Shown here piece after piece: positions 27,076 through 40,600 of a stretch of DNA of 64,000 nucleotides (position 1 is the first letter of the stretch; each line of letters opens with the position of its first letter). Source of the stretch: Eledone cirrhosa (lineage: Eukaryota); contig OZ024755.1 in assembly GCA_964016885.1 (NCBI GenBank), positions 12,524,001 to 12,588,000 on the forward strand. Reading direction: 5' to 3'. Both the position numbers and the translations under genes were made by a program. Under the pieces are notes generated by a model. The model was not told the DNA's origin. It searched no databases and saw only the letters and a list, made by a program, of their open reading frames with translations.

Positions 27076-27079
<4 letters not shown>
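26873..27079. mobile_element. family X head-to-head inverted pair
   Basis: Palindrome centred on ctggactaaaattttagtccag (~27015); both arms carry GAAACGGC...GCCGTC. Confidence 0.8.
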
Positions 27080-27121
<42 letters not shown>

Positions 27122-27809
27122 CGTGTAGTGGTGTATGTGCATACACATCCGCATATGTGAGATATATATATATATATATATGCGTGTGTATGTGTGATAA
27201 AAATAAGTTGGGTGAAGCAGAGGTAGCGATTGACGAAAAAAAAGCACTCAAAGCATAACTATTTTTATATATATTGTATTTCATATAATCGACCTTTACT
27301 AGCTTTTTTTTTCGTTAATGAAGCGGTGATGAACTATGGTGTTAAGTTGGTTCAGGATGTAATTGAATTAAAGTCAAAGCACAATATAACAATATCAACA
27401 GAAACACACTCACAACCGACAGAAAACAAATCAATGAAGAATTAGTGATTATGGATTTACAGCTGCTAATAATGGTGACGATGAAAAGCTCTTTGTTAAG
27501 AGATTAATTTAGAACGTTAAACATTTTATCAATGAAATGATGTACTATTAATTCGTAAAGACAATCTTATCAGACTCCATCTGTCATGTGGCCTAAACGT
27601 TAAGGGCTGAGAGCACGCCGTCCCCGCAATGACCGCCTATAATACAAACATATTTCTTTTTTGTTTTGTAAGAAATTCACCAGATCATAAGTAATCGATA
27701 TATTTTATGAAGATTGTTATCGATATATTATGAAGATTTTATCGATATATTTTGTGAAGATTTTTTAGTGATATCGATGATGAATTTACGGTAATTGACA
27801 CACACACAC

Positions 27810-27880
<71 letters not shown>

Positions 27881-27925
27881 CAGATACGACTGCTTCAAAG
27901 GGACCTCTTAATAAATTTCAAGAGT

Positions 27926-27976
<51 letters not shown>

Positions 27977-27980
<4 letters not shown>

Positions 27981-28306
27981 GAGGTTATATTTAATTTGTT
28001 GGGATTCAACAAGCTTAAACATTTTTATAACTGATATAAAGCACTCAACAATTTAGTGGAGTAAATATACAATATATTAACAAATGGAAACTATATTTCT
28101 AAAACCATATTTATTTTATTATACATATTTCAAGGGCCACCAAGGCAAATTATGGTGCGCTTTCATCAGATAAAATACAATACAGATTTTTTTTATAAAT
28201 AAATATTGACATACCCTGAACAAAAAGACAACCTTAACGGTTGGAGCTTCCATGTATAATAAAATAAATATGGTTTTATAAATATAGTTTCCATTTGTTA
28301 ATATAT
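27977..28306 (-). mobile_element. family B HHR module
   Basis: HHR at 28112-28177, reverse complement: tattttat-CTGATGA-aag c gcacca...tggtg g ccctt-GAA-ATATGTAT-A-ataaaata; partial inverted copy at 28250-28306. Confidence 0.75.
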
Positions 28307-28915
28307 TGTGTGTATATATATATATATATTGATGAAAGATAAATGTCCGAAACGGCGATAACTAATAACAACCTTAGTACTGTATTCTCTGAGGCCATTT
28401 TCAAATTGTTTTCGACCGTTACTAACCTTGCACTATATATACATAGACATGCACTAGTGTATGTGTGTGTATTCTGTTGCATTGTATGTGTTTATGAATG
28501 TCTTTGCAATGCATATATGAGTGTGTATTATTGTATGTGTTTATGAATGTGTCTGCCATGCATGTATGTGTGTGTGTGTAACACGCGGTGCCTCTGCAGC
28601 TGCTGTTTATTGTTTACATGTCTCAATGATTGATGTGTGTGTATGTGTATATATGTATATATTATGTATGTATGTATATATGTATATATGTATGTATGTA
28701 TGTGTGTATGTATGTGTGTGTGTATGTATGTATGTGTGTATGTGTATGTATGTATGTGTGTGTGTGTGTACGCGTGTGTGTATGGACGTGAGTGTATTTA
28801 TTAGAGTTGAAGGCATTTTTAGCCTTTGTCTGTCATAGTTGTGTATGTTTGTTTGTGTGTGTGTATGTATATGTGTGTGTGAGAGTATATATATATATGT
28901 GTGTGTGTGTGTGAG

Positions 28916-28949
<34 letters not shown>

Positions 28950-29251
28950 AATATATGTGTGTGTGAGTGTGCTGCGTGTTTAGAGAGAGACAGGTGTTAA
29001 TAAAACAATACTTGCCACGAAAAACAATTCGAAGCGAAAAAAATAAAGAAAAAACAACAAAATACAAACAAACAAACAAAGTGTGAATTTAAAAAAAAAC
29101 AAGTTCAACGGAATTAAAGAAGTAGAGAAGATGAGAATAAGAGATTGTGATTTGTTAAATACTAAGCTGTGTAGTTTTTATGTTGTTCTAATGTTTATCA
29201 GTCAGTTAAACGTAAACAGAAATTATAAAGTGGGTAATGAGTTCTGACGTT

Positions 29252-29570
29252 AAGTGGTAGTGGGTGTTGTGGCGGTGGTAGTGGTGGTGGTGGTGGTTGG
29301 GGTGGTAGTGGTAGGGAGGTTATGTGGCGGTGGTAGTGGTGGGGAGGTGGTAATGTTGGTAGAAGTGGTAGTAATGTTGGTGATGGTGTTAGTGGCTGTG
29401 ATGGTGGTAGTGGTGGTGGTTGTCGTGTCGTTAGTTGTGGTAGTAATGGTGGTGGTTGTGGTGATGATGTTGGTGTTAGTGGTGGTATAGGTGGTGGATG
29501 GGGCGCGGGTGAGGGTAATGGTGGTGGAGGTGGTGGTAGTGGTCATCGTGGTGAAGGTAATGGTAGTAGG
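29252..29570. repeat. (GGT/AGT)n low-complexity repeat
   Basis: Visible triplet repeats. Confidence 0.9.
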
Positions 29571-29784
29571 AAGAGATGAAAATAATATATATACCTGTTG
29601 TTTTACAGGTTATGACCAAGATGGCACGGCCGTAAAGGGATTTTCTTTAGTCACTGATATCAACCGACCCCTGGCCTTATTCTTTATGGCCCTTTATGTT
29701 CTAACTTCAAATCCTACCGAAATTGTGAACATTTTGGTTGGACACTCTGTACATGTATGTATGTGAGTGTGTGTATATACATAC

Positions 29785-29815
<31 letters not shown>

Positions 29816-29824
29816 TATATATAT

Positions 29825-30119
29825 GGAGGCACATGGCTTAGTGGTTAGAGCATTGGCCTTGCAATCGAAATGTTGTGAGTTCAATTCTCAGACCGGGTGA
29901 TGTGTTGTTTCCTTGAGCAAGACACTTTATTTCACATTGCTCCAGTTTACTCAGCTGTAGAAATGAGATGATAGGGACTGGGGTCCATATCATTCCACTG
30001 CAAAGTGGTCGTGGAGGTGCCACGGCAAAAAAGCACCCAGCACTCACTGTAAATGAGGTTGGTGTTAGGAAGGGCATCCAGCTGTAGAAATCAAGCCAGA
30101 ATCAGTTCCCGTCCCAAGC
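29825..30119 (+). mobile_element. SINE family 2 composite
   Basis: A box TGGCTTAGTGG, B box GAGTTCAATTC, ccttgagcaagacactt core, ggttggtgttaggaagggcatccagctgtagaaa domain; inverted homolog at 60781-61107. Confidence 0.85.
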
Positions 30120-30146
30120 ATATATATATATATATATATATATAAA

Positions 30147-30567
30147 TAATATATAAGATCAAAAGATGGTTAAAAGAGTTCCATGTATTTTATTATGCGC
30201 ATTTCAAAAACAAATATCATCATGCAATAACATTTACGTTTTCGTCAGATAAAATAGGGAGACATGATATGAAGGTTAAAACACACTTGTGAATAGTGCA
30301 GTTTTAAATCAACATATGTTGATCTAAAACTGCACTATTCACAAGTGTGTTTTAACCTTCATATCATGTCTCCCTATTTTATCTGACGAAAACGTAAATG
30401 TTATTGCATGATGATATTTGTTTTTGAAATGCGCATAATAAAATACATGGAACTCTTTTAACCATCTTTTGATCTTATATATTATTTATACTCCAGTCCT
30501 ACAAACTGTAGAGTGCTTCTTATCCGATATCTGCATTGCTTTATTGTACTACAATAAAACTCACCTC
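30147..30567. mobile_element. family C head-to-head pair: ~170-bp-arm hairpin with two intact HHRs
   Basis: Centre tcaacatatgttga (~30316); + HHR at 30375-30445 tattttat-CTGACGA-...-GAA-ATGCGCAT-A-ataaaata; - HHR at 30186-30256. Confidence 0.85.
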
Positions 30568-30568
30568 C

Positions 30569-30629
<61 letters not shown>

Positions 30630-30631
30630 GT

Positions 30632-30870
30632 AGAGGAGACTGAGGTTAGCTGGACATGCTCACCGACATCCAGAGTTGACATTGCACTCAGTGGTCCTTT
30701 GGGAGCCCCTACATGGACACACTAGAAGAGGAAGACCAAGGTTAACGTATGTTGATGCCTTAAGGACAGACACTGGTCTGTTGGAGATGCAGGACATGGC
30801 AGCGATAATGAGGGACAGAGACCGCTGGAGAGAACTCGTCCATGGATCTCGGGAATTTTACCCGCCTTAG
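30632..30870 (+). pseudogene. RTE-clade LINE ORF C-terminal fragment
   Basis: RRLRLAGHAHRH...VLWEP.HG...RGRPRLTYVD.L..D.G......M.DRDRWR is a typical RTE C-terminal signature; second copy at 62905-63215. Confidence 0.85.
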
Positions 30871-31054
30871 ATATATATATATATAGTTAGATCGCTATCT
30901 GTAACGTTGTTTGCGTTTATCTATACATATATATCTATATATGTACACGTATGCATATATGCATGTATATGTTTATACACATATATAGGCATGCATATAC
31001 ATTATCCTATATACATATATTCTTTCAGTGATAATAGCCACATACACATATATA

Positions 31055-31396
31055 ACATCACACCATACACATATCACACCACACACCACATACACACATC
31101 ACACCACACCACACACATACACACCACACACCACATACACACATCACACCACACCACACACATACACACCACACACATACACACCACACACCACATCACA
31201 CCACACCACACACATACATACACACCACACACCACATACACACATACACACCACACCACATACACATATCACACCACACACATACACACCACACACCCAC
31301 ATCACACCACACCACACACATACACACCACACACCACATACACACATACACACCATACACATACACATCACACCACACACATCACACCACACACAT
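31055..31396. repeat. (CACCA/CACAT)n degenerate repeat
   Basis: Visible repeat. Confidence 0.9.
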
Positions 31397-31651
31397 GTTA
31401 GATCTCCACACGTAATCAATGGTTGGACACGCGCAATATTGTTGCTACCCCGCCCCTCTCTGTTTTACTCTCTCCCCCTCCCTCTCTCCTCTCTTTCACC
31501 GTGTCACTCCCTCTCTCCTCTCTTTCACCGTGTCACTCTCTCTCTCTCCTCTCTTTCACCGTATCACTCCCTCTCCCTCCCTTCTCTCTGTATCACCCTC
31601 TCTCTATATATCTATTACTTTCTCTATCTATTTCTCTCTCATTATCTCTCT

Positions 31652-31806
31652 TTGGCAGTATCGGTAGAGAGTCGGACGCCATGCTTTTCAGCATAGTTAT
31701 GGCCCTTTACGTTCTGAGTTCAAATCCCGCCGAGGTAAACTTTGCCTTTCATCCTTACGGGGTCGATAAAATAAAGTACCAGTAATGTACTGGGTTATTG
31801 CTGGCC
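31652..31806 (+). mobile_element. SINE family 1
   Basis: ttggcagtatcggtagag...gagttcaaatcccgcc...gtaccagtaa. Confidence 0.88.
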
Positions 31807-32889
31807 TATAATAAATATATATGTTGAAACTAGCGAATAATTCTTGGAAGAATTGAACAGCAGAAGATTTGGAAAGAAGGAATCATGTTGACATGCTGTA
31901 GTTTAGCGGTTCGATAAAAAGGGATCGCCTAAATATGTTGATATGACTGGGATCGATAAGATCAACTAAACCAAGCCAATGCTCCTGCATGGCCACAGTC
32001 TAATGACAGAAAAAGGTAAAAGAATAAAAGATTGCATATATGCATTTATATGTATAATGTATGTGTGTATATATATCTTCATTGTACTGTATCGTTTTGC
32101 TGTGCTGTTTTCCATTTACTTTTCGCATATGTATATATATGTCTATATGTATGTATCTATGTATGTATGTATGTATTATGCATGCATGCATATATGTATG
32201 CATGCATATATGTATGCATGCATGTATGTATGTATGCATGTATATATGCATGTATGTATGTATGTATATATGCATGTATGCATGTATGTATATATGCATG
32301 TATGTATGTATGCATGTATATATGCATGTATGTATGTGTGTATGTAAGTATGTATGAACAAACACAATGTGAAAGCACGTGTCTTAGTGGTTCTATTCGG
32401 GTTCGTATGGTCGTGAGTTCGATTCCCGGTCACATATTGTGTCCTTAAGCAAGACACTTTATTTCACGTTGTTACAGTTGACTCACCTGATAGACCCCCA
32501 CCACTACCACCACCACACAAAAAAAAAAACAGTTTTACCTGTAATCCAAAGGACCATACGGTCACATTGAATCTCTCCGAAACTACGCTAAGGTTTACGA
32601 AGCAGGCTGTTCCGTTAAGTCAAATAACTTGAAGGTTCGCCGTCGAAAGCGACGGAGGACCAACACATACAAAGATTACAGCGATAGAAAGATAAAAAGA
32701 CAAAACTGACAGCGATGAATGCAGAACTGTGATTTTATATGTAATGAAGTTGGTTAAATATTTATTACATAGAAAAATAGATAAGGAGATAGACAGTTAC
32801 ATAACTACATATATATACGCACAGATCTGAAAATTACACACGAATACACATATATCTACACACACAAATATTTATAACGATACACCATT

Positions 32890-32943
<54 letters not shown>

Positions 32944-33054
32944 GTTGTTGAAGACATGACAACATTTCAGTTTCAATTTCTCTATCAAAATCTTTACATA
33001 TTTTATAAGGACTCATGAAAGATCTATTCCTTATATATATACGAATGAGTTTAT

Positions 33055-33128
<74 letters not shown>

Positions 33129-33167
33129 AAATATATATTATATATATATATATTATATATATATATA

Positions 33168-33590
33168 ATTGTTTCTAATTTTTTGCACCAGACCAGCAAT
33201 TACCCAGTACATTACTGGTACTTTATTTTATCAACCCCGTAAGGATGAAAGGCAAAGTCAACCTCGGCGGGATTTGAACTCAGATCGTAAAGGGACGCAT
33301 GGAAAGTATGGCGTCCGACCCTCTACCGATACTGCCAATCCACCGCCATATATACATACATAATATTGATTTCATACATATACACATACATAATATTGAT
33401 TTCAAATTTGGGAACAAGGCCAGTAAGTTTAAGGGAAGACTAAAGTTGATTAAATCAACCACAATACTTCACTGAACCTCAATAGAACGAAAAGTAAAGT
33501 AGACCTCGATGGGATTTGAACATAGAAGAAACAAATACTGCGACTGTAATTTATCCGATTCTATACCAATTCTGCCAACCCACCACATAT
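33168..33590 (-). mobile_element. two tandem SINE family 1 copies (young plus diverged)
   Basis: Homology to the copies at 8961 and 9161. Confidence 0.8.
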
Positions 33591-33844
33591 AGGCATACAT
33601 AATAGTTTGAAAGAGATGTATAAACCTTATTATATATAGAGGGAGTCGGATAAACTAGCGGAATATAGCTATTCACTTTAGCAATGTAGCTTTATAGCTA
33701 CTAAGTTGGTGTAGTTAGATAGATTAATAGACATACAGAGAAGAGAAATATGATAGTGGAAGAGAGAGGAGAAATATGATAGTGGAAGAGAGAGAAAGAT
33801 TGAAAGGGAGGGACAGGACATAGAGAGAGAAATGGTAAGGGTAC

Positions 33845-33896
<52 letters not shown>

Positions 33897-33963
33897 GAGT
33901 TTATATTTAATTTGTTGGGATTCAACAAGCTTAAACATTTTTTATAACTAATATAAAGCACTC

Positions 33964-34013
<50 letters not shown>

Positions 34014-34020
34014 GTATATG

Positions 34021-34061
<41 letters not shown>

Positions 34062-34089
34062 GTATATATATATATATATACATATATAT

Positions 34090-34212
34090 AAGTTTATCCC
34101 GGGTTCAATCGGGGGTAACCACAGTAAGTAAGGTACTTATATAGAAATAGCTTCTACAGGACTAGAACTGTTTCATTCGGGAGAAATCATCAGGAATCAG
34201 GAAGCTTCCTGA
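34090..34212 (-). mobile_element. family A HHR module
   Basis: HHR at 34152-34196, reverse complement: ttc-CTGATGA-tttc tccc gaat-GAA-ACAG ttctagtc CTGT-A-gaa; intact core. Confidence 0.75.
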
Positions 34213-34380
34213 TATATAAATTTAGTCCAGAATTAGCCGTCGAAACGGCTTGAGCTCAGCCGTCGGGGTCCTATTCGTTCCTATATATATATATATATAT
34301 ATATATATACTATCCAAACTGAACCTGAATCGATAAGGTCTGGTTTCTTGGGTATGTCACTATTTATAAAACAAATTTTG

Positions 34381-34440
34381 TATTTTATCTGATGAGTGCG
34401 TACAAAAATGTTGGCACCCTTGAAATATATATAATAGAAT
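34381..34440 (+). ncRNA. type I hammerhead ribozyme (family B)
   Basis: tattttat-CTGATGA-gtgcgtacaaaaatgttggcaccctt-GAA-ATATATAT-A-atagaat. Confidence 0.65.
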
Positions 34441-34611
34441 AAATATGGTTTTATAAATATAGTTTCCATTTATTAATATCATTGATTTACACACACACAT
34501 ATATATATATAGACACACAGACATACCTCTATAGATACACGTGTATACAGATTTACAAAGAAATATGCATAAAGATATATAGATACAAAAACACACACAC
34601 ACACATGTATA

Positions 34612-34669
<58 letters not shown>

Positions 34670-35021
34670 AATGTGTGGGTGGGTGTGGGGGGGTGTGGGT
34701 GTGTGTGTGTATCGAGAGAGATACATACATGTGTATATATATATACATGGACAGATATAAATATATATAAACACACACATACATACATATGCATACTGAG
34801 AAGATACATACATATAAATATATAATTTATATATGTATATGGATACATTATAGAGATATAAAAACATGCACACACATGTATATAATACTGTATATATATA
34901 TATAAACACATACATACACACACATATATATATACATTATATTTATTCGTTTGTTTGCCCGTTCTTTGCCAGGGAACGTTTCCACGAACCAAAGTATTTT
35001 AAAATATTCACTTCTGCGTTT

Positions 35022-35097
35022 ACAGATTGACTTTGTTAGTTTCAGAAGATCCCGTTAAGGGTGAAAGCAGCGATTCTTTGCTTAAACTTTAATCTGT
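35022..35097 (+). ncRNA. hammerhead ribozyme, core mutated (family G)
   Basis: acagatt..agttt-CAGAAGA-tccc(gttaa)gggt-GAA-AGCA gcgattctt TGCT-T-aaact..aatctgt; the 3' half also occurs at 3960-4003 (-). Confidence 0.5.
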
Positions 35098-35318
35098 TAT
35101 TTTAATAAATAAATATATATATATATATATAAAATCATATACACGCACACATGTATATATAAATATAGGGTATTCAAATAAATTTAAGGTAAAAGACTAA
35201 TTGTCAACAATATCTTTTGCATTTGTATTTATATTCTATATCCATACCCGCATTGTCTTCGCCTGACAACTCCAAACGTTTATATATATATATATACACA
35301 TACACACACATATATATG

Positions 35319-35365
<47 letters not shown>

Positions 35366-35411
35366 TCTGTTATATATATATATATATATATATATAGATA
35401 TAGATATATAT

Positions 35412-35611
35412 ACGTTATTCCGGGTTGAATCGGAGGTAACCACAGTAAGGTACTCAATACATTGCAGAGTATAAAAGTTTTAATATAGATGAGATTCTAC
35501 AGGACTAGAACTGTTTCATTCTTTAGAGATCATCAGGAATCTCATCAGGGATTCCTGATGATTTCTAAAGAATGAAACAGTTCTAGTCCTGTATAATCTC
35601 ATCTATATTAA

Positions 35612-35615
<4 letters not shown>
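35412..35615. mobile_element. family A head-to-head pair
   Basis: - HHR at 35488-35546 with a 10-bp stem I (gatgagattc/gaatctcatc); + HHR at 35550-35603. Confidence 0.85.
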
Positions 35616-35666
<51 letters not shown>

Positions 35667-35963
35667 CATCTGTTTGTGTATATATAAATATATATATATT
35701 CATCTGCTATATATATATGTTCATCTGTTAGTGTATGTATATATATATATATACATACATACATACATACATACATACATACACAAACAGATGAACATGC
35801 ATTAGATAGAAGTACATACTACAAAGCGATAAACTGACATGCGAATGAATTTTAGACAGAGAAAATTGGAAGGAAATATGCAATTAGTGGTAAGAGCGAC
35901 GCACGACAACGGAGAAGGGGATGTAATGTACCGCATGCTATGTACGCATATATATAAGCCTGG

Positions 35964-35996
<33 letters not shown>

Positions 35997-36094
35997 GGTA
36001 CTTTACTATAGACATTGTTACAATCAACCCGGCTTCTATATTTACACGCCGCCACATGTCACAAACAGTCACGCCATATATATATAAGATAAGA

Positions 36095-36280
36095 TAAGCT
36101 ATTCCGGGTTCAATCAATCGGGGGTAACCACAGTAAGTAAGGTACTCAATAAATAGCAGAGTATAAATGGTTTAATATAGAAAAGCTCCTACAGGACTAG
36201 AACTGTTTCATTCGTGAGAAATCATCGGGTATGATTTCTCACGAACGAAACAGTTCTAGTCCTGTAGAAGCTTTTATGTA
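36095..36280. mobile_element. family A head-to-head pair, fused within the cores
   Basis: Inversion point near 36228; both arms carry GAAACAGTTCTAGTCCTGTA. Confidence 0.75.
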
Positions 36281-36463
36281 ATAATATATATATATATATA
36301 CTTAAATATATATATATATATATGCAAAAGTTTCATTTAAAATTGTTGGGTTACAACGAGTAAATATTTTATAACTGATATAAAGCACTCAACAACTTTT
36401 TTAAATGGAAGTTTCAATATTTTATGGTACGTCAAATTTATTTATAAAACTGCTTATATATTG

Positions 36464-36529
36464 TATTTTATCTGAAGAAAGCATGCCATATTTTTAATAT
36501 GGTATCCCTGAAATATGTATAATGAAATA
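36464..36529 (+). ncRNA. type I hammerhead ribozyme (family B)
   Basis: tattttat-CTGAAGA-aagc atgccatat(tttta)atatggtat ccct-GAA-ATATGTAT-A-atgaaata. Confidence 0.7.
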
Positions 36530-36787
36530 AATATGGTTTTATAAATATAGTTTCCATTTGTTTAATATCGTATATATATATATACATATATATGTGTGTG
36601 TGATGTGTATCAAAACATCGTTACAGTAACAATACACACGTGTAATGCTTGTGTGCCTGTGTGCCTGTGTGCATATAGATAGATATAATATTACAGCGTT
36701 ACTACTATGTATAAATATATATAGTATCGCAGTCTGTACTATTAAACGACAACATATATATATAGAGAGAGAGAGATACACAGTCAT

Positions 36788-36821
<34 letters not shown>

Positions 36822-37136
36822 GTGTGTACCCCAGGTTCAATCGGGGGTAATCACAGTATTGTAACCAAAACAGTTCTAGTCCTGTAGAAGCCATTTCTAT
36901 AATAAAACAGACACACACACACACACACACATATACATATATACACATATATATATATATATATAGTACTTTTTGGTCTCGATTTTGCAAATTGAGAAAA
37001 ACAACAAAATCACAAGTATATATATTATAGTACATGTTACACGAGGAAACCACTATAAAAAGCTACACACAAACATGTACGTATGGTATATATTTATATA
37101 TACACACATGCACATACACACGTACGTACATATATG

Positions 37137-37169
<33 letters not shown>

Positions 37170-37170
37170 G

Positions 37171-37229
<59 letters not shown>

Positions 37230-37248
37230 GTATGGGGTTAACCGATCT

Positions 37249-37286
<38 letters not shown>

Positions 37287-37385
37287 AGTGTGTGTATATA
37301 TAAGTTGACGGGATTAGCATGGGTTTCACTGCTAGTACCCTATATATATATATATAGAGAGAGAGAGATAGATATATGTACGTAC

Positions 37386-37430
<45 letters not shown>

Positions 37431-37484
37431 TTCAGCGAGAATCGCATTTCGGCGGGTAGAAAAAGCGAAACGTAACGCAAATTC

Positions 37485-37509
<25 letters not shown>

Positions 37510-37515
<6 letters not shown>

Positions 37516-37586
37516 GTCCCCCAAAGATGTATACACACGACAACAGCATTCTAATAAATATGTATACATTTTGGAGGGACACCCTC
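37510..37586. mobile_element. tiny Tc1/mariner-like MITE
   Basis: Imperfect TIRs agggtgtcccccaaagatgtatac / gtatacattttggagggacaccct; solo end TA|CAGGGTGTCCCCCAAAAATGTATAC at 5397. Confidence 0.65.
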
Positions 37587-37739
37587 TCTGCATATATATA
37601 TACACACACACACACACATGTTTGGGTGTAGTTTTGAAGAGTGCACTTAGAAACGAAGCTCCAGCTCCTTGAGTCACAAGTATAGATTTACACCTACACA
37701 CGTACGTGTGTAGGTGTAAATGTACACATAATATAATCT

Positions 37740-37776
<37 letters not shown>

Positions 37777-37974
37777 CACAAACTCACCTTAGCTTTGCTA
37801 CTATCACTACTACTACTACAACTGCTGCTACTGTTGTAACATGCCGCCAGTGTCGCTGTCGTCCTTGTAGTAAAAACCATCAAGCGACTTGGCTGCTTTC
37901 TACTTCCTTCGTCTTGTACAACGTCCGCGTAGAGAGAGGATAAACCTCTAAACTGGTTCGGTTGGTGGCAAAAC

Positions 37975-38630
37975 ACATCCTCCTCCTCCCCCCTTCACCT
38001 CGCCGCCGCCTCCACCACCACCACCACCTTACACTGCTGTTATCATCGACCGACGACGCTGCCACCACCGTCTACAACATTATCGTCACTCGTCGCTGCT
38101 GCCGCCAACACCACCACCATTACCACCACCACCACCACCACCACTACCACCCACCACCATCGCCACCTTGTATTTTACACTTACACACAGACACACACAC
38201 ACACGCGCGCGCGCACATGCTCACTCACGCTCTGTCTTTCTCTCTTCTCTCCTTTCGCCCTCGACACCGTCGCCACCTCTCCTCTTACACACTTTATCTC
38301 TATCTCTATAGTCTTCGTTCTTTTCTTCTCTCGCCGCCGCCGCCACGACAAACACCGCCACCACCGCCACCACCACCACCACCGCCGCCACCAATTATTT
38401 CTTAGACACACCCTCTCTTTCTCTCTTCTATCGTCTCTATCATCGCCGCCATCGACATCACCTTAGCGTTTTCATATACAACACAGTCACACATTCTTTC
38501 TTTCTCTCTTTTCTTCTCTCGCTGCCGACTCCGTCACCACCTTGTTATTAAGCACACACATACACTAACACACACACATACAAACATTCACACACACATA
38601 CACACATACACACACACACACACATACACA

Positions 38631-38665
<35 letters not shown>

Positions 38666-39467
38666 TCACACACCCTTTCTATTCCTCACTGCTGCAGCCA
38701 CCACCATCACCATCACTACCACCATTACCACCAACACCACCACCAAACACCGCCACTATCACCACCATCACCATCACTACCACCATTACCATCACCACAG
38801 CCACCATTACCACCACCACCACCACCAAACACCGCCACTATCACCACCATCACCATCACTACCACCATCACCATCACCACAGCCACCATTACCACCACCA
38901 CCACCAAACACCGCCACTATCACCACCATTTTTCTTAAACTTACACATACATGCCTTTCTTTCTCTTTCTTCCTCTCTCTCTCTCTACCACCGCCACAAC
39001 CTTTTATTTTACTTTTACACACTCACGCACATGCACCCCCCCCTCTCTCTCTCTTCATTACCGACACCGCCACCGCCACCAGCTTGCACTTTACTTTTAC
39101 ACACACATACACACATACACACATACACACATACACGCACTCTTTCTCTCTTTTCTTCTCTCGCTGCCGACACACCATCGCCACCACCGCCGCCTGCGAC
39201 ACACCACCACTACCGACACCACCACCACTACCGACACACCATCGCCACTACCGACACACCACCACTACCGACACCACCACCACTACCGACACCACCACCA
39301 CTACCGACACACCATCGCCACCGACATCACCACCGACACCACCGCCACCACCACCGACACCACCACCACCACCACCACTACCGAAACACCACCGACACCA
39401 CCGCCACCACCACCTTTCACTTATACATCTATCTTTTTCTCATCTCTCTCTCTCTGCCTACATTTCT

Positions 39468-39500
<33 letters not shown>

Positions 39501-40126
39501 CTTTCTCTCTCTCTCTCTTTCATTTCTCCTTCTTACCTTCCTCCTTCTCTTTCACTTCTCCGAGTTTTCCTTCATTTCTCCCCATTTTTCTCCTTCCTTT
39601 CTTTCATTACTTTCTTTTTCCTTTCTTTATCTCTCTCTCTTTCTTTCTTTCACTTCTCTCTCGTCTTTTAATTTATTTATTCCCTTTTATCTGTTTTTCA
39701 TTCAGTCGTTAACTTCTACAAATCTCACTCCTTTCATTTTCATTCTTTAAGTCTCTTATTTCACTTTTTCCTTCTCTCCTTCTCCCCCTCTCTCTTTCTT
39801 TCTCTCTTCCTTCTCTCCCTCTCTATTTATTTCCTTCTCTCCTCCCTTTCACTCCCTATATTTCTTTCCTACTCTCTCCCCTTCCTCTTCTCTCTCACTT
39901 TATTTCTTTATTTCGCCCCGCCTCCTCCCATCTCCCTTTCATTCACTCCTTTGTTTCTCATTCTTCTTTCTCTAACAACAGTAGTAGCAGCAGCAGCAGT
40001 AGTAGTAGTAGTAGCACCTGTACAGGTTACATCATACTACTACCGCTACTACTACTACTACTACTACTACTTCCATCACGAATGACTACCACTACTACTA
40101 AAATACCACGAATTAGTCCCACCACC

Positions 40127-40187
<61 letters not shown>

Positions 40188-40256
40188 AATTGGTGTTATT
40201 GTGTTATCTGTGTAGCAGGTGCTCCTATCCCAGTTTAGTTATCGGTTTCGTCCGCT

Positions 40257-40306
<50 letters not shown>

Positions 40307-40600
40307 GGTGGTAGTGGTGGTGGTGGTGGTGGTAGTAGTGGTAGTAGTAGTAGTAGTAGTAGTGGTAGTGGTCGTAGTAGTAGTAGTAGTAGTAGTGGCA
40401 GTAGTAGTAGTAATAGTAGTAGTAGTAGTAGTAGTAGTAGTAAAGGTAGTAGTAGTAGTAGTAAAGGTAGTAGTAGTAGTAATGGTAGTAGTAGTAATGG
40501 TAGTAGTAGTAAAGGTAGTAGTAGTAAAGGTAGTAGTAGTAAAGGTAGTAGTAGTAGTAAAGGTAGTAGTAGTAGTAAAGGTAGTAGTAGTAGTAGTAAA
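37975..40600. repeat. low-complexity region: (ACC)n, (CACCACCACTACCGA)n, (CT)n, (TAC)n, (TAG)n
   Basis: Visible simple repeats. Confidence 0.9.

Noticed and set aside
28329-28362. HHR-like TTGATGA...GAAAC
   Set aside because: The core C is missing and stems I and III do not pair convincingly.
29825-29900. tRNA genes at A/B-box sequences
   Set aside because: They continue into SINE bodies present in many copies and lack a convincing cloverleaf acceptor stem.
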